The notes under the pieces: generated by a model | Database searches by the model: none | What the model saw: only the letters and a program-made list of their open reading frames with translations | Told to the model about the DNA's origin: nothing | In this document: positions 61,554 to 64,000 of the stretch, piece after piece | Position numbering within the stretch: the first letter of the stretch is position 1 | Layout of the letters: each line of letters begins with the position of its first letter | Position numbers and translations under genes: made by a program | DNA from: a virus | Direction: 5' to 3' (one strand) | Length of the DNA: 64,000 nt | Virus record (IMG/VR): IMGVR_UViG_3300033388_005265 | Span: 55,164-119,163 of that record

Positions 61554-63434
61554 ATGCCAGATTTTAACGACCCAAACATAAGCGAAGAATGTCTTCGTTG
61601 TAGAGAGAAAGCTGTTGCCAAATCTAAAAATGAAATCTTTGACATCTCATGCTCAGGTATATTTCCAGCACACTATAAGATAGAGCAGGAAATAGGAAGG
61701 GAACTCAGTGCAGGAGAAAGGGAAGTTGCAAATACAGTATTAGATCCTGTAGGGTGGGCAGCTGAAGTTCTTGACTGGCATCCACGTGTATCCAAAGAAG
61801 GGATCCCATATCAGGGAACCATGCTTAGATGCACAGCTAAAAGAAAGATATCTCGTGTAGGTAGACGTTCAGGAAAGACTGACTCGCTATGCATCAATAT
61901 TCTTTTCAATGCTATAACAAGAGGAAGATCCGAAGAAAATGATAGTGGATTCGATATCCTTGTTGTATGCCCACAGAAGTCTCATGCACAGGTTATTTAT
62001 GACAGGCTGCTAGAGCTTATATTCTCATCGCCAGAACTTACAGCATCACTTAAAAGAAACGTAAAGACTCCTTATGCAGAGATAGAGTTTCACAATGACT
62101 CTATCATTAAGCTATTTACATCTGGATCTAGAAGCGGATCTAAGGGTGACGGTGTTCGTGGACAGAGTGCGGATGCACTATATCTTGATGAGGCAGACTA
62201 TCTTGACCCTGAAGACCTTAATGCTATTGGAGCGATTCTTTATACTAGTCCAGACGTAACGTTGTGGACAAGCTCTACTCCAACTGGTAGGCGTGAAAGA
62301 TTCTATGACCAATGCAATGACTCTAGATTCAGGGAGTTCCATTATCCTTCACATGTTCTTCCATTTTGGAATGACGAGATGGATAGGGACGCTAGACTTG
62401 ACGCTGGTACAGAAGCTGGATATCAACATGAGATCTTGGCTCAGTTCGGTGAAGAGGTAGAAGGTGTATTCCAGAACAGATATGTAGACAGGTCAATTGT
62501 CGACTACAAGTACGAAGAGTCAATTAGGCTGGAAGGCTGGACATACTGTATGGGTGTCGACTGGAACGATACTGCTATAGGTACACAAATAGTTATAATG
62601 GGGTATAATCCTATAGACAACAAGTACAGAGTTGTATCTAAGCACTGTGTCGACAGAGTAGGATGGACACAGCTACAAGCTATTGATAAAATAAAAGAAG
62701 TTAATGAGTACTGGCGATGCGCGCATATTTATTGTGACCAAGGATTTGGAACAGTACAGGTAGAATTACTACAGCAATTTGGAGAGAGGAGACTTTCTGA
62801 AGTTGGTGCAGGACATGCTGATTCTATGCTTAGATATGTAAAAGGAATAAATGCGGGCGGTATTCTTGAAACCAAAAATATAAGAACCGGTGTAACTGAG
62901 AATAAGCCGGCAAAGCCATTCATGATTGAGAATGCTGTAAGGTATTTTGAGCATGGCATAGTAGAACTGTCTAAGCATGATGAAGAGCTTGAGATGGAAC
63001 TATTAGGATACGTAGTAGAAAGAAGAACTCAGTCTGGAGCACCGGTTTATGCACAGGGAAACAAGAGAGTGGGAGATCACGTTCTTGACGCTATGGTACT
63101 TGCACTACTTGCATTCACAATGGAGTACACTGAGTTTGGTCAGATACTAACTAGAAGCTATGTTTCTTTTGGTGCGTCATTTGGAGAGGGCTCAGGTAAA
63201 AGAGCCACAGGTGCACCGGGAACTATGGAAGTCGTGATTGAAGAGAAGTACAAGAGAAAGCAAGAAGAAAAGAAGAGAGATGCTGCTAAGCCACAAGAGA
63301 GATTTGAAGTTGATAATGGTAGCATTTTAAATAAAGGTGTCCCTGGAATAGTTGCACAACGAAATAGCAGTAGAGCTGTTAGAAGGGGAATAAAAAGATT
63401 AAAGCAAGCAAAACCAGTTAGGAGTAATATATAA
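61554..63434 (+). CDS. terL: Terminase large subunit
   Basis: Walker A SRVGRRSGKT, Walker B LYLDEAD, coupling SSTP, RNase H-like GVDW and DHVLDA. Confidence 0.95.
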   Translation: MPDFNDPNISEECLRCREKAVAKSKNEIFDISCSGIFPAHYKIEQEIGRELSAGEREVANTVLDPVGWAAEVLDWHPRVSKEGIPYQGTMLRCTAKRKISRVGRRSGKTDSLCINILFNAITRGRSEENDSGFDILVVCPQKSHAQVIYDRLLELIFSSPELTASLKRNVKTPYAEIEFHNDSIIKLFTSGSRSGSKGDGVRGQSADALYLDEADYLDPEDLNAIGAILYTSPDVTLWTSSTPTGRRERFYDQCNDSRFREFHYPSHVLPFWNDEMDRDARLDAGTEAGYQHEILAQFGEEVEGVFQNRYVDRSIVDYKYEESIRLEGWTYCMGVDWNDTAIGTQIVIMGYNPIDNKYRVVSKHCVDRVGWTQLQAIDKIKEVNEYWRCAHIYCDQGFGTVQVELLQQFGERRLSEVGAGHADSMLRYVKGINAGGILETKNIRTGVTENKPAKPFMIENAVRYFEHGIVELSKHDEELEMELLGYVVERRTQSGAPVYAQGNKRVGDHVLDAMVLALLAFTMEYTEFGQILTRSYVSFGASFGEGSGKRATGAPGTMEVVIEEKYKRKQEEKKRDAAKPQERFEVDNGSILNKGVPGIVAQRNSSRAVRRGIKRLKQAKPVRSNI

Positions 63435-63862
63435 TGGGAATCTTAGTATCAGAGCTTGATGGTGGTTGGACAGACTTTTCAACAGATGGAGAGCAGACTA
63501 ATCCAATAAGCACTACGCATGATGGAAGGATAGAGCAGCCAAGAGAAAGACTATTATATGTTAGGAATGACGATTCAAATAAATCGTATGCTACCATAGT
63601 TGTAGACTTTATAGACTATACGTATCCAAACGATATAGAAGGAGCCGAATCAGGTTGGAGCATAAAACTTAAGATAGGTGCATTACAGCCTAGCGAAACA
63701 GAGTGGGCAGCAATAACTGCGGGCGATCCTCTTTCAGTTCCTGATATAGTAGGGGTTGACAGTGAGCCATTTTGGTATAGAATAGTATCACCTAGAGGAT
63801 TAAATGTTGGACTAAAACTAGACATAGCTATGCAACTAGACTATATCGAAAGCACTATATAA
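63434..63862 (+). CDS. Hypothetical virion-associated protein
   Basis: ORF track; directly after terL. Confidence 0.7.
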   Translation: MGILVSELDGGWTDFSTDGEQTNPISTTHDGRIEQPRERLLYVRNDDSNKSYATIVVDFIDYTYPNDIEGAESGWSIKLKIGALQPSETEWAAITAGDPLSVPDIVGVDSEPFWYRIVSPRGLNVGLKLDIAMQLDYIESTI

Positions 63863-63877
63863 GAGAGAAGACGATTA

Positions 63878-64000
63878 ATGGAAATCACTATTGAAGATGG
63901 CGTAGATGATGGGGTAATTGAAGATAATGTAATGACTAATAGCTTAGCAGATAGTAATTATGGTACGTTTGAGTCACTATATGTTGGGAATGGTCTTACT
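63878..64000 (+). CDS. 5' part of a CDS running off the window, possibly structural
   Basis: ATG 63878, open to the edge: MEITIEDGVDDGVIEDNVMTNSLADSNYGTFESLYVGNGLT. Confidence 0.6.
   Translation, partial: MEITIEDGVDDGVIEDNVMTNSLADSNYGTFESLYVGNGLT

Noticed and set aside
1-64000. Alternative genetic code (stop reassignment)
   Set aside because: Ligase, terminase, AAA ATPase and other recognisable genes are full length in code 11, and TAA, TAG and TGA all end plausible genes

Overview
The window looks like part of a large, AT-rich tailed dsDNA phage (Caudoviricetes). Bases 1 to ~46,650 are a densely packed minus-strand region of mostly small hypothetical genes. It also holds an ATP-dependent DNA ligase, a metallophosphoesterase, an AAA ATPase, GatB/YqeY, a pol-beta-type nucleotidyltransferase, SLOG, NADAR and DUF4326-like genes, and a tRNA cluster at ~10.9-22.6 kb (19 recognisable tRNAs, 3 degenerate tRNA-like genes, 1 relic fragment). 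About 12 putative homing endonuclease genes are scattered through it; most are antisense to their neighbours and share a TGTTT(T/A)ATA(C/T)TA upstream motif. The coding strand switches at ~46.7 kb. The plus-strand part carries a CheY-like response regulator, a degenerate M48-like protein, MazG, a likely small terminase, a PD-(D/E)XK nuclease, Gly/Ala-rich proteins and the large terminase. A Geobacter-like pilin N-terminus points to a Desulfobacterota-like host (inference). The best candidates for undescribed biology are a ~1 kb promoter-driven, helix-rich non-coding region (25.7-26.7 kb), a tRNA-like module in permuted order at the left edge, two homologous promoter-plus-hairpin elements (29.1 and 48.6 kb), the interlocking of nucleases and ORFs with tRNA ends, and an adjacent pilin-like/CxxCH secreted gene pair. 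All family assignments come from motif reading by eye; no database search was run.
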